This document shows positions 41,162 to 49,907 of a DNA stretch of 64,000 nucleotides, piece after piece; position 1 is the first letter of the stretch; each line of letters starts with the position of its first letter. The DNA is from Candidatus Poribacteria bacterium (GTDB taxonomy: Bacteria > Poribacteria > WGA-4E > WGA-3G). Where the stretch lies: positions 1,984,001 to 2,048,000 of the forward strand of contig OZ240248.1 of the NCBI GenBank assembly GCA_965198235.1. The letters are read 5' to 3'. The position numbers and the translations under genes were made by a program. The notes below the pieces were generated by a model. It was given only the letters and a program-made list of their open reading frames with translations. It did not search any database and was not told the DNA's origin.

Positions 41162-42025
41162 CTATTTCGTCCCTATCGCAAGGATATGCGCACTCATACC
41201 GAGTATCGAAGGCTCTGCTTCGATCTTGCGAATCAGGTCCAAAACCACAAGACGCAACGCGGGATCTGTCCAATAATTCTCAAAGGATTCAAAAAGCCAT
41301 GCTGGTCCTTCAACAGCAAGCGTTGCTTGATGTTGAAAACCGACTTCGATGACTTCAGAACTGAACACTTCGGGATGGTGAAGATACGCATCCGTAAAGT
41401 ACTTATGGTCTTCGGTCAGGTTGCGATGGTAACCTGTTTCAAGGTCGTTTTGAACGATGTCTCTATGAACAGGATCCCTGAATCGGCCCTCAAAAAAACT
41501 GTCGAGCATAGACGCAAAGCGTGAGATACCGGCGGCAACCATGACTCCACCGTTTCGTAATACACGATATGCCTCACTGAGTGCAAGCAACCGTTCATTC
41601 TTATCAACGAGATGATAAAGCGGTCCCAATAACAGAACAACATCCGCGGACATTGACGAAAAACGGAGTGCCCGTGCATCGCCAAGTAATATGCTGGCAA
41701 TCGGGTGTTCCGGCTGTTGATTTGCGGCTTCTTTCGCCTGTTCAATATGTAAATCCACAGGATCCACGAGGTGGACCTCATAACCTGCTTTTGCTAACCA
41801 ACAGGCATAGGGACCCGAACCACCACCGATGTCCAAAACCACTGCTGGTGGCGCGGGCAAATAGCGCGTGAGAATCTCTTGCGTCCGCGCAAATTCTATC
41901 TGTCCTCTGACATCGTTTGTAAGTCTCTTCGACTCTTGCGTCTGCCTGTAGAACGAGAGAATCTTATCTGAAAGTTGATACAATTCCTTATTCCTTAGCG
42001 AAACCGTGTCGCGTTGTGTGTACAT
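41162..42025 (-). CDS. Class I SAM-dependent methyltransferase
   Basis: VLDIGGGSGPY, GDAR.L, LLLGPLYHL, EA.RVL..GG. Confidence 0.88.
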   Translation of the reverse strand: MYTQRDTVSLRNKELYQLSDKILSFYRQTQESKRLTNDVRGQIEFARTQEILTRYLPAPPAVVLDIGGGSGPYACWLAKAGYEVHLVDPVDLHIEQAKEAANQQPEHPIASILLGDARALRFSSMSADVVLLLGPLYHLVDKNERLLALSEAYRVLRNGGVMVAAGISRFASMLDSFFEGRFRDPVHRDIVQNDLETGYHRNLTEDHKYFTDAYLHHPEVFSSEVIEVGFQHQATLAVEGPAWLFESFENYWTDPALRLVVLDLIRKIEAEPSILGMSAHILAIGTK

Positions 42026-42051
42026 TTACTAACAAAATCGGCCCGTGTGAT

Positions 42052-42255
42052 TCAATCAGATTTCGATTTTCTCAGTTCCATTGCTGCATCGCTGATATCC
42101 TCCACGCTTTTTTTAGCCCATAATTTTTTCTGCTACTTGGTGTAATCAAACGGAAAACGCAGAATCAATGCGATGAACTTTTCAGTTTGGACATCGCCTA
42201 AAGCTTCCGTAAGAGCCTTTAAGCCTTCTATCTTGAGTTGTTCATCTGCTATCAT
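42052..42255 (-). pseudogene. Small antitoxin-like gene with in-frame amber stop
   Basis: Manual translation MIADEQLKIEGLKALTEALGDVQTEKFIALILRFPFDYTK*QKKLW...; TAG at 42133-35 where W is expected (DYTKW); AGGAG RBS; overlaps the PIN stop codon. Confidence 0.65.
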
Positions 42256-42485
42256 GGAATATACTCCTAATAAAATCGAGAGGATTTATAACCTTAACCT
42301 CTTTAAAACTAACTGTCTTCCTGAGAATTGTATCATCTGTAGTGACAAAGTAATCACATTTTGCAGCAACAGAGCAAGCCAAATGGAGAGCATCTTTATT
42401 TCGCAAACCGATTTCTCTCAAAATGTTTGCTTTTGTAAGAATTTCAAGGTTGGCATCTACATCAATGGAAGCGCGTGCTTTCCAA
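42242..42485 (-). pseudogene. 5-prime truncated PIN-domain toxin
   Basis: Manual translation ...WKARASIDVDANLEILTKANILREIGLRNKDALHLACSVAAKCDYFVTTDD...VINPLDF; no start codon or N-terminal half. Confidence 0.7.
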
Positions 42486-42545
42486 AGATGGCATGACCAG
42501 CCTTCATCCAGAATACATCAATATCAATAAATCCCGTTTCATCAG
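42484..42545 (-). pseudogene. Remnant C-terminus of a methyltransferase paralogue
   Basis: GFIDIDVFWMKAGHAIFG, a diverged direct repeat of 43361-43420. Confidence 0.7.
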
Positions 42546-42550
42546 GCTCT

Positions 42551-43321
42551 TCAATATTTAGCAACATAGACAGCACCTTTTGACGGGTGATACCACGTAA
42601 GTTGGACCTCGGAGAATCCTGCCCCCTGAAGAATGCGGGCTTGTGTCTCCGGCGATAATGTGATATCGTAATTCCACTCGGCGCGGTCACCCCCTGGTAA
42701 CTTTGCTATCCACTTGTTGTACCAATAGAGTATACTGGTCTCCTCTTCAACCGTGGTAGCCTGATCGCCTTCTATGTAAATACCACTTGTTCTCAAAGCC
42801 TTTCTCACTTTTTTGTAGATGGCGACCTTCCGTTCTGGAAGGAAATGATGCATGGTTAGCGTAGAAATAGCGTAGTCATACGCATGATCCCCAAACGCAA
42901 GTTCCAACAGAGAGCCTTGCTGTAATTTTAACTGTTCGGTTTTGTTAGCGAATTTCGCACTGAGCTGCTTAAGCATATTCGGTGCCCGATCGATTGCTGT
43001 AACTTTGGCGTTGGGTGCCCTTGCAAAAACGAACTCAAGTTGAATTCCCGTGCCACAACCGAGGTCCAGAATCTCTATCGGTTCGTCTGTCTGTGGTATT
43101 TGGAGAGCAACAGCGTGATAGAACGGATCATTGGGTTTCGCACCAAATTTCTGGTCCCAAATATCAGCAGTCGAATTGAAGAATTCTGGGAGTTCTTCAA
43201 TACCATCGGTTGTCCATTCGGGAACATCATCACCCGACGGTCCCGGAGCGATTCGGAGCCGCATCCTTCGCCTCATGAATTCATCATTTATGGCTTGCAT
43301 TCGAGCTGTGTGTTGCTTCAT
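42551..43321 (-). CDS. Class I SAM-dependent methyltransferase
   Basis: ILDLGCGTG, TAID.A..ML, ST.TMHH, L..AGF. Confidence 0.88.
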   Translation of the reverse strand: MKQHTARMQAINDEFMRRRMRLRIAPGPSGDDVPEWTTDGIEELPEFFNSTADIWDQKFGAKPNDPFYHAVALQIPQTDEPIEILDLGCGTGIQLEFVFARAPNAKVTAIDRAPNMLKQLSAKFANKTEQLKLQQGSLLELAFGDHAYDYAISTLTMHHFLPERKVAIYKKVRKALRTSGIYIEGDQATTVEEETSILYWYNKWIAKLPGGDRAEWNYDITLSPETQARILQGAGFSEVQLTWYHPSKGAVYVAKY

Positions 43322-43336
43322 ATTGATTTATTCCCG

Positions 43337-44086
43337 TCAGGATTTTGGCTTGCGCCCTCCGAAAATGGCATGTCCAGCCTTCATCCAGAATACATCGACA
43401 TCAGTGAATCCAGCCTGTTCAAGCCATTTGAGTTGATCAAACACGGACGACGGTTTGTCAATCGAATCCGGTTCCGGTCCAGACTCTCCGTAATGATTCC
43501 AACCCAGTTGACGAAACTGGTCATAACCCCTCAGATCCCCATCGAGATCGAGCGAGCGTTGACGCACCGCTTCGTCCCATACATTCGCTGCGAGTTTCCT
43601 TCCAAACCGGTCCATCGGTTCAGTCAGATCCGCGATAATAAAACTTCCGCCCGGTGCGAGGATGGATGCCACATCTTTGAACAATGCCTGTTTTTCAGTG
43701 CCGTCCAAGTGATGGATTGCAAGAGAGGATACGACAGCGTGAACAGGGAAAGGGAACTCACGCCAATCGCTTGCAGCCAAATCAAATTGCCTTGCCTTAA
43801 AACGCTCTCCATAAGTAGCAAGTGCCTTTTCTACGTGCGCAATCATTTTCGGAGAGCCGTCTAAGCCGTAGACGTGACATTCAGGGAATGTATCTAACAA
43901 AGCACGCGTGAGGAGTCCTTCCCCACAGCAGAGATCCAGTATATACACGGATTCCGATGGCGGAGGAATTACCTCGCAAATGCAATTAATTTGGATCTCC
44001 CGGTCAGGAACGAAGTATTTTCCGTAGTCAATGAAATCTTGGGAATTGTCCTCTTCCCATTGAGGTGTGATAGCAGAATCTTGCAT
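43337..44086 (-). CDS. Class I SAM-dependent methyltransferase
   Basis: ILDLCCGEG, GLDGS..M, SSLAIHHL, LAPGG.FIIAD; start moved to MQDSAI. Confidence 0.88.
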   Translation of the reverse strand: MQDSAITPQWEEDNSQDFIDYGKYFVPDREIQINCICEVIPPPSESVYILDLCCGEGLLTRALLDTFPECHVYGLDGSPKMIAHVEKALATYGERFKARQFDLAASDWREFPFPVHAVVSSLAIHHLDGTEKQALFKDVASILAPGGSFIIADLTEPMDRFGRKLAANVWDEAVRQRSLDLDGDLRGYDQFRQLGWNHYGESGPEPDSIDKPSSVFDQLKWLEQAGFTDVDVFWMKAGHAIFGGRKPKS

Positions 44087-44303
44087 AACATTTACCTTGC
44101 TATGTCGCTCTACTTTTCTGCCTTGTGCGGAAGCACAAAGCGGGCAGGCACCGAGACCGTTCTTATTTTCGACATGTATTATACCAAGCTTTTGCAATTA
44201 TGGTGAATTATCAAAAGTTTCCGAGACTAAAACCCAATGCTTTAGCTTTGGGATACAGTCTCGCCCTCGTGCATTAGACCGAGGCGTTATTCGTAAAAAA
44301 ACC

Positions 44304-44332
44304 TTGATTTCGATGAGTGAATATGTTATACT
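44304..44332 (+). promoter_or_regulatory. tnpB promoter (also at 13975-14003)
   Basis: TTGATT-17 nt-TATACT with extended TG. Confidence 0.65.
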
Positions 44333-44431
44333 ATTTCTATCACGTTGGGCAGACATAATGAGCGTAACCGCAAGGTTACGTGTCTGCCTACCCACTCATT
44401 AGGGGTTAAAAGATGTGATACGTGAACTCTA

Positions 44432-45643
44432 ATGCGAAACACGAAACATAAACTCTTCCACGATACAGGCTTGAAACGTCTTGACAATGACCTGAATATC
44501 TGTGGCGTTGTGCGAAATCATTTCAATGCACTTGAGCGAAGGTATTACCGTAGATATGGTAAAAATCTTTCGTATGGTAAAATGTCTAAGCACTTGACGA
44601 AGCTCAAGAAACTTCCGCAATACAAGCATTGGAATATTCCGTATGCGTGGAGTCTTCAAAACGTTCTCAAACGCTTGGCACAGAGTTTCAGAGAAATCAG
44701 AACGTTGGGTCGGGGTCGTCCTCGTTTCAAGTCGTGTAAGAAACATAAAGGCGTGACGTTCCGCGGTGAACAGGTGAAGATTGAGAAAGTGCTTGATAGC
44801 CAGAAGAATGAGAGAAATCACGCTACATATAAAATCCGCCTGAATGGGCATTGGTATCGTTTCGCGCTGCACCGTAAGATACAAGGTGCTATTCATCAAG
44901 TTCACGTGACAAGGGACGCACTTGGAGACATTTATATCACTCTCACTGAAGACTATAGCGAAGTCATTATTGAACCCAAGACTGGTAAAGCGGAAGGGTT
45001 CGACTTTGGAATCAAAAACTTCCTGACTGGCAGTGATGGTGAAAGGTGGACGTCTCCTATGTTTTACAAACACACCGCTAAGCAACTCGCTAAAGCACAG
45101 CGAGAACATTCTCGTCCGGTCAAAGGTTCTAAGAATCGTGAACGCTCCCGAAAGCATGTCGCACGTATCCACAAAAAGACTACGAACCAGAGAGCGGATC
45201 ACCATTGGAAACTTGCGATAGACTTGTGTCGTTCTTTTGATATTCTGTTCTTTGAAGACCTGAACCTTCGGGGCATGAAAAAACTGTGGGGAAAACAGGT
45301 CTCCGACCTTGCCTTTGGCGAGTTCATACTCAAACTTAAGCACCAATCTAAAAAACGCATACGCGCTGTGCTGAAGATTGACAAGTGGTCTCCTACGACA
45401 AAGTGCTGTTGTGTTTGTGATTACCATAATAAAAACCTAACACTCGCAGATCGGCACTGGACGTGTCCAAGTTGTAAAACGCAACTTGACCGAGACCAGA
45501 ACGCTGCGATAAACATTCTTAAGGAAGGGGTAGCTTCCTTTGGGTTAGCAGTTGTAAGACCTATTGTTGTGTCTAACACAATCGTAGGCTGCTGTGTTGA
45601 AGCGAACAGTCCGCTTCTCAACTCCACAAGTGCTTTCGCTTAA
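44432..45643 (+). CDS. tnpB: RNA-guided endonuclease TnpB
   Basis: RuvC-I GFDFGI, RuvC-II FEDLNL, Zn finger CCVC...CPSC, RuvC-III DRDQNAAINI; catalytic D-E-D intact. Confidence 0.95.
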   Translation: MRNTKHKLFHDTGLKRLDNDLNICGVVRNHFNALERRYYRRYGKNLSYGKMSKHLTKLKKLPQYKHWNIPYAWSLQNVLKRLAQSFREIRTLGRGRPRFKSCKKHKGVTFRGEQVKIEKVLDSQKNERNHATYKIRLNGHWYRFALHRKIQGAIHQVHVTRDALGDIYITLTEDYSEVIIEPKTGKAEGFDFGIKNFLTGSDGERWTSPMFYKHTAKQLAKAQREHSRPVKGSKNRERSRKHVARIHKKTTNQRADHHWKLAIDLCRSFDILFFEDLNLRGMKKLWGKQVSDLAFGEFILKLKHQSKKRIRAVLKIDKWSPTTKCCCVCDYHNKNLTLADRHWTCPSCKTQLDRDQNAAINILKEGVASFGLAVVRPIVVSNTIVGCCVEANSPLLNSTSAFA

Positions 45644-45703
45644 TCTTTGCGGAAGCCCAAGTCTTTAGGCTTGGGTCTATCACATCTGGAATTCAAGCCT
45701 ACG
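45530..45703 (+). ncRNA. Putative TnpB omega/reRNA scaffold with guide from flanking DNA (45684 onward)
   Basis: Hairpins overlap the tnpB 3-prime end and right end, as in characterised TnpB systems; the 5-prime boundary is a guess. Confidence 0.55.
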
Positions 45704-46598
45704 ATGCCAGATCGTCAAGCATCTGGCGGATGTTGTGTTCACCACTATCAATAAACAGAGGTGCTAAGGGACCCCTACCATGCAAAGTTTGAAGTAGGGT
45801 ATCAATCTGTATCATACGCTGTTGCGGTGTGCGGCACCTGAGCCATTTTTTAACGAATTCACGTGCCGGTTTTGGATTGCCCGTTCTCAACGAGCGGACA
45901 CTTTTACGCCACGCCTGCCACCTAAAGGTGTGTCTGCAGTTCGGGCATTCGAGTTTCTCGTCCTTCTTTTTTAAGTTCTTCCGGTAATCACGCCACCTGC
46001 GTTTGTAGTCGCAGACTGTACATTGGATATTGCCGTGTACATGGATCGCGACTTCTTGGCATTTAGGACATTGCAACGCAGGACCGGGTTGCCGATCTCT
46101 GGCAGTTTGATCCTTTGGAAGGGCATCCGGTCTACGGACGAGGTCAAGGCAGTGAGGACACGGCAAGCGGACGCGGGTTCTCACTGATTGATTGTAGGCT
46201 TCTTGGGACCAGGTCTTCCCGCAGGTGCATTGCAATCCATCCGTTTTCTGCTGTAGGACGGCGCGACAGTCAAAGCATCGTGGTGTGTTTCGGAGTGCCT
46301 GACGGCAGTCGCGCCAGAGCAGCCGCTTAGCACAGTGTGGGCAGTGAAACCAGTGTTCGTGCGTGCCACCTTCGCCGGAACTAAAGAGTGGATCAATCCG
46401 ACGGACCACCTTTGTGCGGCACCTTGGACAAGGCACACGTCCCTCTCGGTAAACGTCGGCGACTGTAGCGATGTCAATACAACGAGCGTAGAGTTCCCAA
46501 CCGATGTCGTGTAGCAATGTATCTTCATAAATACCGAGCCGAGCATACCGATAAAGCCGACGGATTTTGATGGGTTTTACACGAGGTGCCCAGTCCAT
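45699..46598 (-). CDS. Hypothetical protein with multiple zinc ribbons
   Basis: CPRC, CPHC, CFDC, CTC, CPHC, CPKC, CTVC, CPNC; basic; RBS upstream. Confidence 0.7.
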   Translation of the reverse strand: MDWAPRVKPIKIRRLYRYARLGIYEDTLLHDIGWELYARCIDIATVADVYREGRVPCPRCRTKVVRRIDPLFSSGEGGTHEHWFHCPHCAKRLLWRDCRQALRNTPRCFDCRAVLQQKTDGLQCTCGKTWSQEAYNQSVRTRVRLPCPHCLDLVRRPDALPKDQTARDRQPGPALQCPKCQEVAIHVHGNIQCTVCDYKRRWRDYRKNLKKKDEKLECPNCRHTFRWQAWRKSVRSLRTGNPKPAREFVKKWLRCRTPQQRMIQIDTLLQTLHGRGPLAPLFIDSGEHNIRQMLDDLAS

Positions 46599-46622
46599 AG
46601 TGGTTTCCTTTGTTCCCTTTTT

Positions 46623-46826
46623 CTAACGCATTTTTCCTTGAGTGTACTTCATTGCCTCCTGAATATCAGCAGCTTCCAATTCTGGATAAAGTTCAATAAC
46701 ATCCTCAATTGACCGACCATTGGCTAACAATTTAAGGATTACACTTACCGTGATTCGGGTCCCTCGAACCACAGGTTGCCCAAGGCAAATTTTGGGATTA
46801 ATCTGAATACGATCTAATTTTTCCAT
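46623..46826 (-). CDS. DUF433 domain protein (antitoxin-like HTH)
   Basis: RI.INPKICLGQPVVRGTRI.V..IL..LA.G...E....YP.L...DI..A..Y. Confidence 0.9.
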   Translation of the reverse strand: MEKLDRIQINPKICLGQPVVRGTRITVSVILKLLANGRSIEDVIELYPELEAADIQEAMKYTQGKMR

Positions 46827-46837
46827 TTCTATATCCG

Positions 46838-47857
46838 CTAAACCGATATTTGAACAACCTCTCCTGTTTCAATACTACGGCTAATTGCTTCCAAAACGCG
46901 CATGTTCTGGTAGGAGTCCTCAAGACTGGAATGCGGCTGTGTCCCTGCCTGCAGCGACTCTGCCCAATGTTGCATCTCCTCAAGATAACCGGGTCTGCCG
47001 ATACTATGGAACGCGGTGTTGAGGTCCCATTCTTCGGTCGGTGTATCCGTATATCCACCACCCGTACCGAGCCATGTCGGAACACGATAACGACGCAGCT
47101 TGCGCGTCTCAAACACCTGAATCGCCTGCTGGTTCGTGCCTTTGACGAAAACCATCGCTTCCAAGATAGGACCGGTGCCGAGTGTCATCGTGCCGATACC
47201 GCCGTTTTCGTAACGCAGGTTTATGGACATTGACACGGTGCTGGATTCGGTATCAATCGCTCCCATGGCGAAAACTTCGCTAACCTGACCCATGAAGAAG
47301 CGCATACAATCGGTCGGATGAATTGCCTGATCGAGCATAAAGGGCCATGCAAACGGCGATCCAGCTTCCTGCAGACGTGGACCCGGAGCGAGGTATCGGG
47401 TATGATATTGGCAGGCTTCACCGAACTCTGCTTCGTCCATCAACTGTCTGGCAATCTGATGCGCAGGGGCATGTCGCCACATCGTGCCTACCATCCCCGT
47501 TTTGCCGCTCTCAACTGATGCATCGACGAGCATCTTCGCACCTTCGGCAGTGGTCGCAGGCGGCTTTTCGGTGTAGATGTGATAACCGCGCTGGAGACAC
47601 TCGATACCGATGTCACGGTGCAGTTTGTCCTCCGGTCTACCGACAACAGCGACTGCGTAGAGGTCTTCATTTTTGAACATCTCATTGTAATCGGTGTAGT
47701 GACGGAGTGCGCCGAACCTTCGAGCGTTCGATGCCGCCTTCTCCTCCACAAGGTCACAGGTAGCGACAAATTCAAACTCCGGCACCATCGGTATGCACTG
47801 TTGCAATTGCGATGACATGCCACCACAGCCAATAAAAGCAATTCGGATTTTGTCCAT
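46838..47857 (-). CDS. Gfo/Idh/MocA family oxidoreductase
   Basis: IRIAFIGCGG, EKP, DQAIH.TD; start moved to MDKIRI. Confidence 0.88.
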   Translation of the reverse strand: MDKIRIAFIGCGGMSSQLQQCIPMVPEFEFVATCDLVEEKAASNARRFGALRHYTDYNEMFKNEDLYAVAVVGRPEDKLHRDIGIECLQRGYHIYTEKPPATTAEGAKMLVDASVESGKTGMVGTMWRHAPAHQIARQLMDEAEFGEACQYHTRYLAPGPRLQEAGSPFAWPFMLDQAIHPTDCMRFFMGQVSEVFAMGAIDTESSTVSMSINLRYENGGIGTMTLGTGPILEAMVFVKGTNQQAIQVFETRKLRRYRVPTWLGTGGGYTDTPTEEWDLNTAFHSIGRPGYLEEMQHWAESLQAGTQPHSSLEDSYQNMRVLEAISRSIETGEVVQISV

Positions 47858-47918
47858 AACATGTTCTCCAATTCTTCTATATGGGCGAACTCTGGCTCGC
47901 GACGTTAGGTGCGGACTC

Positions 47919-48485
47919 CTATTCAAAAAGTTGTGCGACCCGACAGGAAAACCCCGGCACGACATCCTCACCAGTAAGTGTGTCGGCACCCGTAAACACC
48001 TTAATGTCTGTTTTAGAACGATACACTGTTACTGTTTTCATGACAGATTCAACAACCCATACCATTTGGGTTCCTCCATCCAGATAGGCCTGTACCTTTT
48101 CAGTGACGCGCCACTGAACATCCGTTGGCGAGACGACTTCGACAGCAAAATCAGGTGGAATTGGGGAACCCTTACTTTCGTCTTTGGGCAAGCGCGAGGT
48201 AGAAATAAACGCGACATCCGGTTTCATCCCGCGTTCCCCTACTTTAAATCCCGCTTCTACGTACACATCACCTAACTGATTTTCGCTTACATGTGTAAAT
48301 AAATAGTGCGTGATTCTCGTACTAATCTTAGCGTGTCCCAATGATGGAGACGACATCGGCACTAATTCTCCTTTAACGTATTCATATCCCTCTATATCGC
48401 ATGCAAGAAATTCCTCCACTGTCATGGTGGTGTGTTCGGGCGGGTGCATTTCTTGCGCGACTTCCGAAACTTCTTGTAAATCCAT
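47919..48485 (-). CDS. Uma2 family endonuclease
   Basis: MTVEEF, YE.VKG.L, KPDVAF, PPDFAVEVVSP, K...Y...G...VWVV. Confidence 0.9.
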   Translation of the reverse strand: MDLQEVSEVAQEMHPPEHTTMTVEEFLACDIEGYEYVKGELVPMSSPSLGHAKISTRITHYLFTHVSENQLGDVYVEAGFKVGERGMKPDVAFISTSRLPKDESKGSPIPPDFAVEVVSPTDVQWRVTEKVQAYLDGGTQMVWVVESVMKTVTVYRSKTDIKVFTGADTLTGEDVVPGFSCRVAQLFE

Positions 48486-48541
48486 TTTTCGTTCCTCCGT
48501 AATGTATTTGCGAGCTAAAGTCTTCAGGGTGTCTTTACACA

Positions 48542-49261
48542 CTATATTATCCCCAATACATCTGCCAACTCATTAAAATCATTAGCGACGAGGTCCGACG
48601 GGTGCGCATTTACGCCGTGAACTCTGCCAGGTCCGTACTCCAGAGGGCGGGGCACCAACGCTGTTTGAAAACCGACGGCTTGCGAGGCTCGGAGATCGCC
48701 AGGGTGTGCGGCTACCATCATAACTTCATTCGGAGACAAACCGAGCAGCGCAGCGGCAGTTTGGTAAACTTCGGGATCCGGCTTGTAATGCCCTGTTAAT
48801 TCGGCAGACAGGATACAATCCCATGGTAGACCCCCAAATTTTGCCATATTGGTTAGCAATGCAACGTTGCCGTTGGAGAGTGTAGCGACGATATATCGCT
48901 TGCGGAGTCGTTTCAAGCCACTGACTGCATCGGGCCACGGTTTGAGCCGATGCCAGACCCGATTCAGATGGTCTTTATTAGCTTCGCTCAAGCCGACAAT
49001 TTTAAATTCGTCAAGGAGGCTGTCCAAAATGAGTCGATGCAGGGTGTCAATGTTCTGCCACGGCAATTCGCCGCGCCGAACCCTGTCCATCGTGGGACCG
49101 TAGCCGGCGCGCCATTTCAAAGCGAATTGCGCCCAATCAATGTCAATACCGTGGATGTTCCCGAATTCTTCGCCTTCAGCAACAATTGAACTGTACCAAT
49201 CTACAACCGTGCCGAAAACATCAAAGGTGAGTGCTTTGACTTGGGAACGTGCGTTTTGCAT
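48542..49261 (-). CDS. Haloacid dehalogenase type II
   Basis: FDVFGTVVDW, PWPD, LSNGN, YKPDP, MVAAH..DL. Confidence 0.9.
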   Translation of the reverse strand: MQNARSQVKALTFDVFGTVVDWYSSIVAEGEEFGNIHGIDIDWAQFALKWRAGYGPTMDRVRRGELPWQNIDTLHRLILDSLLDEFKIVGLSEANKDHLNRVWHRLKPWPDAVSGLKRLRKRYIVATLSNGNVALLTNMAKFGGLPWDCILSAELTGHYKPDPEVYQTAAALLGLSPNEVMMVAAHPGDLRASQAVGFQTALVPRPLEYGPGRVHGVNAHPSDLVANDFNELADVLGII

Positions 49262-49373
49262 GGTGTTACGTTCCTTTCTGTCGTCTGAGACTTGCCAAGA
49301 GGAGAGGGTCTGTTTCTTTTCCGTCTAAAATCACATCATATACCAATTCATCGCAATTGTCTATTAAATTGTT

Positions 49374-49763
49374 TCACATAAACGGGTTGTGTGCGACTTC
49401 CCAATAGAAACCGTCAGGGTCCTTGAAATAGCCTGAATAGCCACCCCAAAACGCTTCCTGTCCGGGTTTAACAAGTTCAGCCCTAGCAGCGACCGCCTCT
49501 GCTAAAGTCAAATCTACCTCTTCTGGAGAGGCAACGTTATGTGCGAGTGTGAACCCTTGAAAGCCTGTACCTTCAGGTGAGATTGTAATATCTTCAGCGA
49601 GTTCGTTTCTCGGATAGAGGGCAAGCATCGTTCCCGACATCTCAAAAAATGCAATGCTATCCGATTCATCCTTACGGGGTAATCCTAACCCCTTTTGGTA
49701 AAAATCAATGGCGCGCTGTAGGTCTGCAACACCGAGTGTGATGATAGTAATATGTGGTTTCAT
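49374..49763 (-). CDS. VOC family protein
   Basis: ITLGVADL.RA..FY, TLAHNV, FWGGYSGYF.DPDG..WEVAHNP. Confidence 0.9.
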   Translation of the reverse strand: MKPHITIITLGVADLQRAIDFYQKGLGLPRKDESDSIAFFEMSGTMLALYPRNELAEDITISPEGTGFQGFTLAHNVASPEEVDLTLAEAVAARAELVKPGQEAFWGGYSGYFKDPDGFYWEVAHNPFM

Positions 49764-49831
49764 GCAGATTTCCTCGGGGAATCCCCTAATGTGCAGGTAT
49801 AATTGTTGACACTTGGGTGAGTGTTCCTGAA

Positions 49832-49870
49832 AAAAAAGCACTCTGACGTGAAGTCGGACGCCAGAGTGCC
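49832..49870 (-). terminator. Intrinsic terminator after the ECF sigma gene
   Basis: GCACTCTGGCGT/ACGTCAGAGTGC hairpin followed by a T run on the minus strand. Confidence 0.7.
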
Positions 49871-49907
49871 AAGGGGGTTTATGTGTTTAAGCCTAAGAAC
49901 CTATATA

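Larger units (their letters stand above)
44212..45683 (+). mobile_element. IS200/IS605-family (IS1341-type, tnpB-only) element
   Basis: Inserted 3-prime of TTAT; left-end hairpin CCCAATGCTTTAGCTTTGGG; right-end hairpin CCCAAGTCTTTAGGCTTGGG then TCAC; no TIR, TSD or tnpA. Confidence 0.9.

Noticed and set aside
42133-42135. Amber recoding (pyrrolysine/readthrough) in the antitoxin-like gene
   Set aside because: Other genes here end in TAG and the partner toxin is truncated, so a nonsense mutation is simpler.
43040-43864. 274-aa plus-strand ORF
   Set aside because: Antisense to two clear methyltransferases; it has no motifs.
44429-45427. 332-aa antisense ORF spanning tnpB
   Set aside because: Shadow frame with no recognisable motifs or RBS; tnpB explains the sequence.
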